Positions 48,550 to 58,969 are shown, numbered from the stretch's first letter. The stretch is DNA of 64,000 nucleotides from Candidatus Oxydemutatoraceae bacterium (GCA_965220085.1 CBDCOZ010000003.1:256001-320000); one strand, 5' to 3'. Made by a program: numbers and translations. Notes: generated from the letters alone by a model not told the origin.

Positions 48550-50349
48550 TTACTCATCATATAACTCCTCATCATCATATAGCTCCTTTAGTGTCCTAAC
48601 AAAATCCACAGCCTCTCTTATCTCCTCATTCGCTTCGTCTTCGTATTTATCAACAATCTCATTTAATGTGTCATGGGTATCTGTGTCGGAAGTATTCTCC
48701 ATCATTGCATATGTAAGGCCTGCTCTAATAGCAATCAATATCACAGACTCTGATGGATCCTCTATTTTTCTGGCCTCGTCATACACTTCCTTAAAAATCT
48801 TGTTTGCTTTTGATGGATTCTCTAAGTTGAGATAATCAATTCCTGAATAAACCTTCGCCGTAAGACGGATTTTTGCATTCGTCTTTGATGCTTCGTAAAT
48901 CTCATCATAGGCTTTTATCGCTTCTGAAAAGCATTCTTTTTCTCCTAAATCTATAGCCATTTTTAAATCCTTCTCGGTAGGATTGGGATCTATTGTAATA
49001 CTCTTACAAAGGTTCCCTTTTGCTGCTTCTGCTTCTGCTGCTTTTGCTTCTGTTGCTTCTGTTGCTTCTGCTTCTTTTGCTTTCGCTTTTGCATCTGCTT
49101 TCTTTTCAGCTGCTCCTGCCTCTACTTTTGCATCTGCTTTCTTTTCAGCTGCCCCTGCTTCTACTTTTGCATCTGCTTTCTTTTCAGCTGCCCCTGCTTT
49201 TGCTTTTGCTTCTGCTTTCTTTTCAGTTGCTTCTGCTTCTACTTTTGCATCTGCTTTCTTTTCAGTTGCTCCTGCTTCTACTTTTGCATCTGCTTTCTTT
49301 TCAGCTGCCCCTGCTTCGTCTTTTGCTTTTTTTGCTACTACTGCTGCTTCTGCTGCTTTTTCTGCTGCTTTTTCTGCTGCTTTTTCTGCTGCTACTTCTG
49401 CTTTTTCTACTGCTACTTCTGCTTTTTCTACTGCTACTCTTTCACCTACTCCTGCTGTTGCTTTTGCTTTTGCTTTTTCTGCTTCTACTCTTGCTTTTTC
49501 TGCCTCTGCTACTTTTGTTGCTACTTTTGCTTCTGCTTCTCGTACTTTTGCTTTTGCTCTCACTGCTTCTACTTCTGCTTTTTCTGCTACTACTTCTGCT
49601 TTTTCTTTTACTCTTGCTTCTTCTGCTACTACTGCTTTTACTTTTGCTAATTCTTCTGTCCTCACTACTTTGACTTCTGCTTTTGCTATTTTTGCTACTT
49701 CTTCTCCTGTTGTTGCTTTTGCTGCTAATGCTGCTGCTTCTGCTGCTAATGCTGCTGCTTCTGCTGCTAATGCTGCTGCTTCTGCTGCTAATGCTGCTGC
49801 TTCTGCTGCTAATGCTGCTGCTTCTGCTTTTTCTACTTGCTTCTCTATTCGATCTGAGAACTTAAACATCGTATCATCAACACGGAATGCCATAAGGACA
49901 AAGAGGCCGCCAACGATTGCCGCAAGTAGCGTGATGATTTGCTCATTGTATTTGTGGTGCTGGTTAGGTGCATTACCAGTGGCAGGTGCATTACCAGTGA
50001 CAGAAACGAACACGGCCGCAAGACGGTTGATTTTCAAAGGTGCATTACCAGCGGCAGGTGTATTACCATTTCCATCTTTAGACATCGCTAATCGCTTAGA
50101 TATCGCTATGACAGCAATAATGAGAGTAACAAGCATAGCGAGATGCATGATAGTTGCTGGCTCTAGCCAATCCTTTAGCCAATCCTTTAGCCAATCTGTT
50201 TCTCCTGCTACCCATGCCACACCTGCTATCACGAGAACAACAGCCAGCACAACTAGCAAAATACCTGCGAGCACTTTCTTTACTGCATCTTTCTCTGTTA
50301 CATTTCCCTTATTTTTCTTTGCTATATTTTTCTTTTCTTCATTAGTCAT
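48550..50349 (-). CDS. Membrane protein with Ala/Glu/Lys-rich repeat stalk and TPR-like C-terminus
   Basis: GGAGGGG RBS, three hydrophobic segments, AALAAEA and GAAEKKADAKVEA repeats, helical acidic end. Confidence 0.75.
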   Translation of the reverse strand: MTNEEKKNIAKKNKGNVTEKDAVKKVLAGILLVVLAVVLVIAGVAWVAGETDWLKDWLKDWLEPATIMHLAMLVTLIIAVIAISKRLAMSKDGNGNTPAAGNAPLKINRLAAVFVSVTGNAPATGNAPNQHHKYNEQIITLLAAIVGGLFVLMAFRVDDTMFKFSDRIEKQVEKAEAAALAAEAAALAAEAAALAAEAAALAAEAAALAAKATTGEEVAKIAKAEVKVVRTEELAKVKAVVAEEARVKEKAEVVAEKAEVEAVRAKAKVREAEAKVATKVAEAEKARVEAEKAKAKATAGVGERVAVEKAEVAVEKAEVAAEKAAEKAAEKAAEAAVVAKKAKDEAGAAEKKADAKVEAGATEKKADAKVEAEATEKKAEAKAKAGAAEKKADAKVEAGAAEKKADAKVEAGAAEKKADAKAKAKEAEATEATEAKAAEAEAAKGNLCKSITIDPNPTEKDLKMAIDLGEKECFSEAIKAYDEIYEASKTNAKIRLTAKVYSGIDYLNLENPSKANKIFKEVYDEARKIEDPSESVILIAIRAGLTYAMMENTSDTDTHDTLNEIVDKYEDEANEEIREAVDFVRTLKELYDDEELYDE

Positions 50350-50639
50350 ACGACCCCTCCCCACAAAGTAATTATGACTAGCATATTGCCGGCTTTACGA
50401 CACCCTGTCAAGCATGGAGATAAGCCGCATTATTACTGGCTTTTTGCCTAATTCCTTGCTCGCCAGCCGCTCAAAATGATAGAAATCCGATTGCCAAATC
50501 TTTACCAACCACAAGCCGCTTGCCGGTAGCAAAGAAGCCAAGAAGCGCCCGCAAGCCATCAAAGAATCCCTCCAAGAGGAGCACACTCCCCGAACACAGT
50601 CATACGGATGAGCCAGTCCGCATGAACAAGCACGGGGCG

Positions 50640-50800
50640 GGCAAAAGCGCTGCGAGTTTTGCAGTTCGCGAAGCAGGTCTTGCGGCGAGCGAGGGCCGCT
50701 GAGGAGTCTGCCGTCTTCAAGCAAGAAGGTCGGCGTTGCGGAGATGTTCAGGGTTCTGGTCAGAGCGAGGTTGTCGTCAAATCTCGGCGACTGCCTCCGG
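50640..50800 (-). pseudogene. DsbC/DsbG-like thioredoxin-fold C-terminal remnant
   Basis: Manual translation DDNLALTRTLNISATPTFLLEDGRLLSGPRSPQDLLRELQ resembles the cis-Pro (GTP) region; no CxxC or start. Confidence 0.55.
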
Positions 50801-50875
50801 CGGCCGTTTGTGTTGTCGGTGCCGGCGCGGGACGGTGCTGCGATTGGTTAAGCCGTTAAGGTCATAGTTCTGATA

Positions 50876-51284
50876 TGTATGATGCCAAGACACTCTTGCC
50901 GGGAAAGACTTCCATCACCAGCCTCACAAAGAAAGCGGTGGCACTGTTACACGATAGGCGGCGACAGCGAAACCGAACCGCTATGGCTATGCAAATCTAC
51001 GGCGGTGAACGATAGCGGCACTGGCCTTGAAGAAACCAGCGCACGGTACCCATAGCAATGCACGGGATACGTGATCTTGAAATTCTTACCAAGACGGAGC
51101 TTGCGATGGCGTTCCTGTGATGCCGTAGCCAATGTGTTGATATTGCATGTCGGCTACATTTGTTGTTGAAGCCAAGAATCCAGAATATTTCTGGCATTAT
51201 TCAGTCCAATATGTCATGGCATCATGCAATTTAATGATCGTCGGATAAAATATCTGCCATGGTTTAACACCCAGCGACCCACTA
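50876..51284 (-). mobile_element. IS481-derived composite remnant with two ends
   Basis: TGTATGATGCCAAGAC at 50876, inverted end ending at 51228, internal transposase fragments. Confidence 0.75.
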
Positions 51285-51302
51285 TTTTCAATCCGCAAGA
51301 CA

Positions 51303-51995
51303 ATGGCCCGACTTAACTCATCACGACAACGGCTGTGCGAGGAGAACAGTCTTTTTGCCAAGTCAATACCCGCCGGCGCCATCGTTTTGGACGCAGGAGC
51401 GGGCGACCAACGATACAAGCATCTGTTTGCGCATACGCGCTACGAAGCTGCGGACTTCAAAAAGGTGGACAAAAAATATGCGCAGCCCGCTTATGTTTGC
51501 GACCTGACCGACATCCCCGTTGAGGATGCCAGGTTTGACTGCATACTGTTTAATCAGGTCATGGAGCATTTGCCCAATCCGCAGAAAGCGCTGGCAGAAC
51601 TGTTCCGTGTGCTCAAGCCCGGCGGGCGGATGATTTATACCGGCCCCCTCTTTTACGAGGAACATGAAAAACCGTATGACTTTTTCAGATATACGCAGTT
51701 TGGCCTTCGTATGTTATTCGCCGATGCCGGGTTTGTGATCGATCGGTTGGATTGGATGGAAGGCTACTACGGCACACTCGGCTATCAACTGAAAGGAATG
51801 GCAAAACACCTGCCGATGAACCCGCAAGAGTTTGGCGGAGGGATTCTCGGCGCTTTGTCTGTTCCGCTAGTCTTTGCCGCCAGAATCAGCGCATATATAT
51901 TGTCTATTTTCTTTCACCGGATGGAGATGCGATACAAATTCACCAAAAGAGGTTATCCTAAAAACTATGTGGCCATTCTTACCAAACCATCGTGA
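51303..51995 (+). CDS. Class I SAM methyltransferase (Methyltransf_11-like)
   Basis: VLDAGAG, QVMEHLPNP, RVLKPGG, EHEKPYDFFRYT. Confidence 0.88.
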   Translation: MARLNSSRQRLCEENSLFAKSIPAGAIVLDAGAGDQRYKHLFAHTRYEAADFKKVDKKYAQPAYVCDLTDIPVEDARFDCILFNQVMEHLPNPQKALAELFRVLKPGGRMIYTGPLFYEEHEKPYDFFRYTQFGLRMLFADAGFVIDRLDWMEGYYGTLGYQLKGMAKHLPMNPQEFGGGILGALSVPLVFAARISAYILSIFFHRMEMRYKFTKRGYPKNYVAILTKPS

Positions 51996-51998
51996 GCC

Positions 51999-52930
51999 AT
52001 GACAGTTCGCGATAGCCATCCCAAGCGCATCAACTTGTTGGACACCGCGGTTTCCACTGCCAATTTGGGCGACCTGATAATTGTGGGTTCAATGCTTAAG
52101 GAACTCAGTTTCGTGTTGGATAAGCTTCATGTCACAAATGTTCCTACGCATGACTATATCGGGAAAGTGGGACGAAAGCTTATCCAAGAATCCCCGCTGA
52201 GTTTGATGCTGGGCACCAATATCTTGCAGTCAAAGCACAAAATGAATCGCGGCTGGCGGTTGCGCCGCGGGGATGCGGCTTCTCTGGCGAACAAGGTTCT
52301 CCTTTGCGGGGTGGGCTGGAGCAATTACGAAAAGCGAGTCAGATACAGGCAGAAACGCTTTTACCGCAAAGCGTTGAATAGCGAGTTGCTTCACTCTGTG
52401 CGCGACAGCCGGGTGCAAGAGATGTTGCATGCGATTGGCATTACAAATGTTGTCAACACCTCTTGCCTGACCACATGGTCGCTAAACGAAGAGCATTGCA
52501 AGGAGATACCGACTAAGAAATCAAGCAAGGCGGTCTTCACCGTCACGGGGCATAAGCCCTCTGATAGCGACCGGCTGATGTTATCTACTCTGGATACAAT
52601 TTATGATGAGTTGCACTTCTGGCCTCAACAACTTGGGGATATGGAGTATTTTTTGAGTGTGGCAGATGAGGCAATGCTCAAGAAAGCAAATATAATTCCC
52701 CCCTCATTAAATGCTTACGATGCGTTTCTGGCAGAGAATGATACCGATTATGTCGGCACTCGCTTGCACGGCGGTATCCGTGCGTTGCAACACGATAAGG
52801 TCGGTCATCATAGGCATCGATGACCGCTCCTTGGAAATTCAGAAAGATATTAATTTGCCGGTGTTGGCCAGAAAAGATATTCGGAAACTGGGAGCAAGGT
52901 TGTTGTCCGGGTTTCCCACAGAATTGACTT
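51999..52930 (+). pseudogene. Polysaccharide pyruvyl transferase family, frameshifted near 52800 and abutting an IS remnant
   Basis: NLGDLII, SVRD, GTRLHGGIRALQ, then continues in another frame as RSVIIGIDDRSLEI...LPVL. Confidence 0.8.
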
Positions 52931-53137
52931 TGCCTTTTAACCGCCTCTTCAGGAAGAGTGTGCGGAATTTGAAGAGGGTTTGTTGAGGACCAAATATGCG
53001 GACATTTCAATAATCGTCGGATAAATTGTCTGCTATGATTTAGCACCCAGCGACCACATTATGGACTGAAGATTCAAGCACTTAATGACACAGCACAATA
53101 TTTACCCCATGGGCCCAATATGTCATGGCATCATACA
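52930..53137 (+). mobile_element. IS481-type 3' remnant with right end
   Basis: Matches 42135-42340; ends CCAATATGTCATGGCATCATACA. Confidence 0.75.
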
Positions 53138-53273
53138 AGTCTATCTATTGTGTGTTATATATGAAGTAGCATGAGCATGAGACAGCCTCAAGAGATTTAA
53201 ATCTTGAAGTACCTGCCGAAGCTTGCTAGTTAATAATACCAAGGGGTAGGGATATGGGTACCTTAAGAAAATT

Positions 53274-54560
53274 ATGGGAGCGCGTTGGCAGTCGGGCGAG
53301 GCTTTACTGGTCAAAGATATGGGGTCCCAGCGCATAATCAATATAGCCGCTTTGCTTATTGCGGGTGCTGGCGTTGTTATGACCTATCTCGAATATCTCG
53401 ACAGCCAAATGGCCAATCAACGCAACGAGCAAGATGATTACAGGCAAGCGGTGGCCAATCTAGTCGACGAGAAACCCGCATCGGTGCGATTGGGCATCCT
53501 CAATCTTTATGACCTGAGCAAAAGAGACCCGGCCAAGAGCAAGGAGATCACTGAGATATTGAGCGCTCATCTTCGCGAAGCCACGCAAGCCCAAGAATAT
53601 AAAAACTGCAAAGATGAGCCATCCGCCCCGATACAGTTCCTGATGGACAAGTTGAGCAAGTTGAATAAGGTCAACTTTGAACGCTGGAAAACCCATGACA
53701 TCAGGCTCGAGCTGAATGAATCTTGTCTGAACGGGGCCGATCTGGAGAAGGAACACCTGCAAGGGGCGTACTTGTACGGGGCGCAGTTGCAGGGTGCGAA
53801 CTTGGAAGGGGCTGGGTTGCAGGGTGCGGACTTGGAAGGGGCTGGGTTGCAGGGTGCGGACTTGGAAGGGGCGCAGTTGCAGGGGGCGTACTTGTACGGG
53901 GCGCAGTTGCAGGGGGCGTACTTGTACGGGGCGCAGTTGCAGGGTGCGAACTTGTACGGAGCGCAGTTGCAGGGGGCGTACTTGGAAGGGGCTGGGTTGC
54001 AGGGTGCGAACTTGGAAGGGGCGCAGTTGCAGGGTGCGAACTTGTACGGGGCGCAGTTGCAGGGTGCGAACTTGTACGGGGCGCAGTTGCAGGGTGCGAA
54101 CTTGTACGGAGCGCAGTTGCAGGGTGCGGACTTGGAAGGGGCGCAGTTGCAGGGCACTACAGATGATGGTATGTGGGACCAGTCGCAACCTGACACGAAC
54201 AACGACTGTAAAGGCGGGGATACAATTCTGGCCACAATTGAAAGGCGCATAGGGGAGCGCACCGGCAAGGAAACCAGCCTTGAAGGGGAAAATGTGGTGT
54301 TCAGTGGCGGATTGACCAAAGAGAAAATAACCGAGATCGAAGGAGTGCTGGATAAACTTGTCAAGGATGATTTGTTTGATGAACATGAAGCAGAACAATT
54401 GCCTGCATTGTTGCGAAAGCGACATACGGGCCCTAAGGTCTATGAGATACCCGAATCTGCCTCTACTGGCATACTCACAGAGAAGATGGTCAAGAACATC
54501 ATAGATGAGTACAAGCAGAGCACTATGCCTGACGCATCAGAAGATGCTTGTCAGGAGTGA
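53274..54560 (+). CDS. Membrane-anchored pentapeptide-repeat protein
   Basis: TM, EILSAHLRE, ~30-bp repeats encoding GAQLQGAxLx, C-terminal FSGGLT domain like 7366; start may be 53319. Confidence 0.9.
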   Translation: MGARWQSGEALLVKDMGSQRIINIAALLIAGAGVVMTYLEYLDSQMANQRNEQDDYRQAVANLVDEKPASVRLGILNLYDLSKRDPAKSKEITEILSAHLREATQAQEYKNCKDEPSAPIQFLMDKLSKLNKVNFERWKTHDIRLELNESCLNGADLEKEHLQGAYLYGAQLQGANLEGAGLQGADLEGAGLQGADLEGAQLQGAYLYGAQLQGAYLYGAQLQGANLYGAQLQGAYLEGAGLQGANLEGAQLQGANLYGAQLQGANLYGAQLQGANLYGAQLQGADLEGAQLQGTTDDGMWDQSQPDTNNDCKGGDTILATIERRIGERTGKETSLEGENVVFSGGLTKEKITEIEGVLDKLVKDDLFDEHEAEQLPALLRKRHTGPKVYEIPESASTGILTEKMVKNIIDEYKQSTMPDASEDACQE

Positions 54561-55060
54561 ACACATAATCTGATGTGGGGTGTTGTAGTGACAGCAGGCA
54601 GCAGGCCATCCGCAGACCGTGCTGTTAGCCGATGGCCATTGACACAAACGGCTTTGTTGTCCCGCTTTGCGGTGTTGCGTCAAGCGCGCTTCAGACAGGC
54701 AGCCGCACTCCGCACTCCAGATGGCACCAGGTGCGGAGCGGTCGCGCCATGGCGGCACGACGTGCGCCAGACTTGGCCAGATGGTCGTAATATGGCGCAG
54801 TCACTGGCCTGCGGGGGCATTGACTCCCTGAATACGCCGCCCAGCTTGTCAACACAAGCAGGCCCAGCCCCACAACCGAGACGGATGATGATTGACGCAA
54901 TCGCTTCCCACAGCATAGCCCTCGCCGCGCAAACACTGAATATGGCGATTGAATCCTGCGCCCGCATCCTGGCAGATGCGGTCACCCGCATAGCAGAACG
55001 CGCAATCTTTCTGGTCACATCTTTGACCGCCGCCATCCGCCTGTCCGCCGCCCACTTGAC

Positions 55061-55298
55061 AGCACAAAAAGGACTCTATATGCTGGTTGCCAGCAACAGA
55101 GCCCGCCCGCGGGCCGCGCAACCGAGACAGATGATGACCAGAGCTACCGCCCCCCACAGCATCACCGGCCTGATGGACCGCATCGCAGAATTGCTGATGA
55201 TAGTACTGTCCCCGGGCAATACTCAGAATCGCGTAGCGCAGGCATCTGCCTGTGGCTTTGCATATTTCTTAACCTTAACTTAATAGGAGTATATTATG
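55061..55298 (+). repeat. Shared leader/RBS cassette, second copy at 56310-56646
   Basis: Near-identical sequence ending ttcttaaccttaacttaataggagtatattATG in front of two different genes. Confidence 0.9.
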
Positions 55299-55895
55299 TT
55301 TATCAAACTGACCAAAACCATCACCCTCATAGCTGCCGCCCTGATGATGACGACCATTGTTGCCGCCAGCGACACTGTTGAAGGAATCGTTAAAGATGCA
55401 CAAGTGCTGTACAACTACTGCCGAAGCTCAGACCATGGCCGCAAGCCGAGAGCCTCATGCACGGTTGCTGTTAAGGTCAGCGAGGTAAGCCTAAGCCGCG
55501 ACGACGACTATGTCTTGCTTAGTGGCGGAGCGGCACGATTCCGCAAGGCTGACGGATCGTACCAGAATCACGCGTCTGTCGAATTTGCCTACGATAATAA
55601 TGGTCGCCCCACCAGTATGAGCTATCGGGAAAGCTGTAGCCGGGCCAGGTCATACAGAAGAAGCAAAACCTGCACCGTGCGGTCGTTGATTGCAGCGGTT
55701 GCTGTGCCGAGCGACAAGTATGAACAGGCCAAGGATTTTATTGACAAAGGCGAGTTGTCTCTGCAGTGCCGCATTGAAGAGAATGGTGCCATACTGGTAT
55801 GCAACTTGAAGAGTAAGAAATACAGATCCAAAGCTATTAGGGGCGACAGGGTCAGCAACGATCCGACCAAGGTTATGACAAAGGTGAGCCAATGA
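55296..55895 (+). CDS. Secreted Cys-containing protein of unknown function (domain X)
   Basis: AGGAG RBS, signal peptide MFIKLTKTITLIAAALMMTTIVAA; paralogous to 57913-58401. Confidence 0.7.
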   Translation: MFIKLTKTITLIAAALMMTTIVAASDTVEGIVKDAQVLYNYCRSSDHGRKPRASCTVAVKVSEVSLSRDDDYVLLSGGAARFRKADGSYQNHASVEFAYDNNGRPTSMSYRESCSRARSYRRSKTCTVRSLIAAVAVPSDKYEQAKDFIDKGELSLQCRIEENGAILVCNLKSKKYRSKAIRGDRVSNDPTKVMTKVSQ

Positions 55896-56150
55896 TAGGA
55901 AACCATAGACGAGTAAAAACACTACCGCCAAAACCAATAAAGCAGGTGCCCATATTATGGACGCATTGATTAAATGTCCGCGAGAGATCGGTATGATGGA
56001 AAGCGTCATACCGACGCGGAGCCAATATCCCGATTCCAAGAGGAATGATGCGACAACCCATAATGCAGCGCAGCCAGTTGCCAAGAGTGATGCAACTTCG
56101 GGTGGCTTTAATCTGGCGGATAGCCAGACCTTCTTGGATTGATTGGGCAT
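55650..56150 (-). CDS. Membrane protein (likely truncated); duplicate at 58141-58650
   Basis: AAGGAG RBS, hydrophobic N-terminal ~80 aa; the rest overlaps a convergent gene. Confidence 0.45.
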   Translation of the reverse strand: MPNQSKKVWLSARLKPPEVASLLATGCAALWVVASFLLESGYWLRVGMTLSIIPISRGHLINASIIWAPALLVLAVVFLLVYGFLSLAHLCHNLGRIVADPVAPNSFGSVFLTLQVAYQYGTILFNAALQRQLAFVNKILGLFILVARHSNRCNQRPHGAGFASSV

Positions 56151-56643
56151 GATACGATCTCCTTTGGGTCATGTTAATCGGCGATGTGCCGATGTTGGGT
56201 GTGCAATTGCACGGGTGGCAACCCGTATCCGCTTTGGAGGTTGGGCATTATGTGTTTATTCGTGCCCCTCGAGGTAACGAACTATCCTCTGGAATGACTC
56301 TGGAAACCAAGCACAAAAAGGAATCTATATGATGGTCGCCAGCAACAGAGCCCGCCCGCGGGTCGCACAACCGAGACAGATGATGACCAAGGCTACCGTC
56401 CCCCACAGCATCATCGGCCTGATGGACCGCATCGCAGAATTGCTGATGATAGTGCTGTCCCCCGGGCAATATTTAGAATCGCGTAGCGCAGGCATCCGCC
56501 CGCCGCTCAGGCAACCCTCACCTCTCAACTTTCCGAACATCCGCAACGCCAGCAATTCCGCTAGCGGGTGTAACCGTGCATTGCCGCAGGCATCTGCCTG
56601 TGGCTTTGCATGTTTCTTAACCTTAACTTAATAGGAGTATATT

Positions 56644-57831
56644 ATGACTAATTCCAACCCAGACCAAAAGAAGTCGGCTTTATTGCGATGGTCCCCGATC
56701 ATAATCAGTGCAGCCGCTGTGGTTATTGCGGGTGCTGGCGTTGTTATGACCTATCTTGAATATCGCGACGGTCAAAGGGCCGATCAACACAACGAGCAAG
56801 ATGATTACAGGCAAGCGGCGGCCAGTCTGGTCGACAAGGAACCCGTATCGGTGCGATTGAGCATCCTCAATCTTTATGACCTGGCCAAAAGAGACCCGAT
56901 CAGGAGCAAGGATATCACTGAGATGTTGAGTGCTCATCTTCGCGAAACCACGCAACTCTCACAATATCAGAGAGCCCACAAAGATGAGCCATCCGCCGAG
57001 ATACAGTTCCTTATGGGCAAGTTGAGCGAGTTGAATGAGGTCAACTTTGAGCGCTGGAAAACCCGTGACATCAAGCTCGAACTGTATAACTCTTATCTGC
57101 GCGAGGCCAATCTGAAGAAGAAACACCTGCAAGGGGCGAACTTGGAAGAGGCGCAGTTGGAAGGGGCGTACTTGAGAGAGGCGCAGTTGCAGGGGGCGAA
57201 CTTGGAGTGGGCGCAATTGCAGGGGGCGGACTTGGGCGAGGCGCAGTTGCAAGGGGCGTACTTGGAAGGGGCGGAGTTGCAAGGGGCGTACTTGGTCAAG
57301 GCGTACTTGGAAGGGGCGGAGTTGCAAGGGGCGTACTTGGAAGGGGCGGACTTGGTCGAGGCGCAGTTGCAAGGGGCGTGCTTGGAAGGGGCGGAGTTGC
57401 AAGGGGCGTACTTGGTCAAGGCGGACTTGGAGTGGGCGCAGCTGCAGGGTGCGAACTTGTACGAGGCGCAGTTGCAGGGTGCGAACTTGGAAGGGGCGGA
57501 GTTGCAGGGTGCGTACTTGGAGTGGGCGGAATTGCAGGAGGCGGACTTGGTCGAGGCGCAGTTGCAGGGTGCGAACTTGTACGGGGCGCAGTTGCAGGGT
57601 GCGAACTTGGAAGGGGCTGGGTTGCAGGGTGCGAACTTGTACGGGGCGCAGTTGCAGAAGGCGAACTTGGTCAAGGCGGACTTGGGCGAGGCGCAGTTGC
57701 AATGGGCGAACTTGGAAGGGGCGAACTTGGAAGGGGCGAACTTGAGAGAGGCGCAGTTGCAGGGTGCGAAAGTAAGCTGGGCACAGTTGACGACCCTGTA
57801 TGACCACACCGAGCCCGAAGTATCGCCCTAG
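56644..57831 (+). CDS. Membrane-anchored pentapeptide-repeat protein, in frame through one TAG with downstream domain X (to 58401)
   Basis: N-terminal domain close to 53274; pentapeptide repeats; frame stays open after TAG 57829-57831. Confidence 0.88.
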   Translation: MTNSNPDQKKSALLRWSPIIISAAAVVIAGAGVVMTYLEYRDGQRADQHNEQDDYRQAAASLVDKEPVSVRLSILNLYDLAKRDPIRSKDITEMLSAHLRETTQLSQYQRAHKDEPSAEIQFLMGKLSELNEVNFERWKTRDIKLELYNSYLREANLKKKHLQGANLEEAQLEGAYLREAQLQGANLEWAQLQGADLGEAQLQGAYLEGAELQGAYLVKAYLEGAELQGAYLEGADLVEAQLQGACLEGAELQGAYLVKADLEWAQLQGANLYEAQLQGANLEGAELQGAYLEWAELQEADLVEAQLQGANLYGAQLQGANLEGAGLQGANLYGAQLQKANLVKADLGEAQLQWANLEGANLEGANLREAQLQGAKVSWAQLTTLYDHTEPEVSP

Positions 57832-58401
57832 GCCAACAATGGCGATGACAGTACGCAGGTTGCGGATGCTACCGACGATACTAAAAGAGTCGCAGTCGTT
57901 GAAGAGGCAAAAGTGCTGTACAACTACTGCCGAAGCTCAGACCATGGCTACAAGCCGAGAGCCTCATGCACGGTTGTTGTTGATGCCAGCAAAGCAGGGA
58001 ACAGCTATGTCTTGCTTAATGGCGAAGCGGCGCGATTCCACAAGGTTGACGGGTCGCACCATAAGTACGCGTCTGTCGAATTTGATAATAAGGAGCACCC
58101 CACCAGTATGAGCTATCGGGAAAGCTGTAGCCGGGCCAGGTCATACAGAAGAAGCAAAACCTGCACCGTGCGGTCGTTGATTGCAGCGGTTGCTGTGCCG
58201 AGCGCCAAGTATAAATATGCCCAGGGTTTTATTGAAAAAGGCGAGTTGTCTCTGCAGTGCCGTAGCCGCATTGAAGAGAATGGTACCATACTGGTATGCA
58301 ACTTGAATAGTAAGGAATACAAATCCAAATATATTAGGGGCGACAGGGTCAGGGTCAGCAACGATCCGACCAAGGTTATGACAGAGGCAGACAATGATTA
58401 G
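57832..58401 (+). pseudogene. Domain X copy without its own signal peptide; continuation of the pentapeptide gene
   Basis: (57913-56644)/3 = 423, same frame; no stop between 57832 and 58398. Confidence 0.7.
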
Positions 58402-58969
58402 GAAACAGACGAGTAAAAACACTACCGCCAAAACCAATAAAGTAGGTGCCCATATTATGGACGCATTGATTAAATGTCCGCGAGAGATCGGTATGATGGA
58501 AAGCGTCATACCGACGCGGAGCCAATATCCCGATTCCAAGAGGAATGATGCGACAACCCATAATGCAGCGCAGCCAGTTGCCAAGAGTGATGCAACTTCG
58601 GGTGGCTTTAATCTGGCGGATAGCCAGACCTTCTTGGATTGATTGGGCATGATACGATCTCCTTTGGGTCATGTTAATCGGCGATGTGCCGATGTTGGGT
58701 GTGCAATTGCACGGGTGGCGGCCCGTAGCCGGAATGGCCTTGGTACTGCCGGTGTTTGATGGATTGGCGCATGGTCTCGGTTTGCAGAATGCGCCCCGCC
58801 ACAGTGGCCTGCGGCGGGGCTAGTTGATGGGTTGCGGCCGGGGCATAGCCTCCATCGCCAGCCCTGACGGCACAGGGTGCCACATGCATGGCACCCATCA
58901 GCATGGCGGTTGTGGCGGGGTTTGCGGTCTTGCTCATGATTGCCCCTCCAATGCTTCCCCTTTCAAGGG

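Noticed and set aside
37936-50349. Integron cassette array
   Set aside because: No intI, mixed gene orientations and no recurring attC-like sites recognised; boundaries are better explained by IS481-type ends
48983-50371. Long plus-strand ORFs (462 aa Ala/Ser/Phe-rich, 217 aa poly-Leu)
   Set aside because: Antisense shadows of the low-complexity minus-strand gene
54573-55283. 236-aa ORF as a confident gene
   Set aside because: No recognisable domain or RBS; built partly from the repeated leader, so treated under the leader finding
53760-57780. Diversity-generating retroelement acting on pentapeptide genes or the bio array
   Set aside because: No reverse transcriptase in the window; differences are block rearrangements and not visibly adenine-specific
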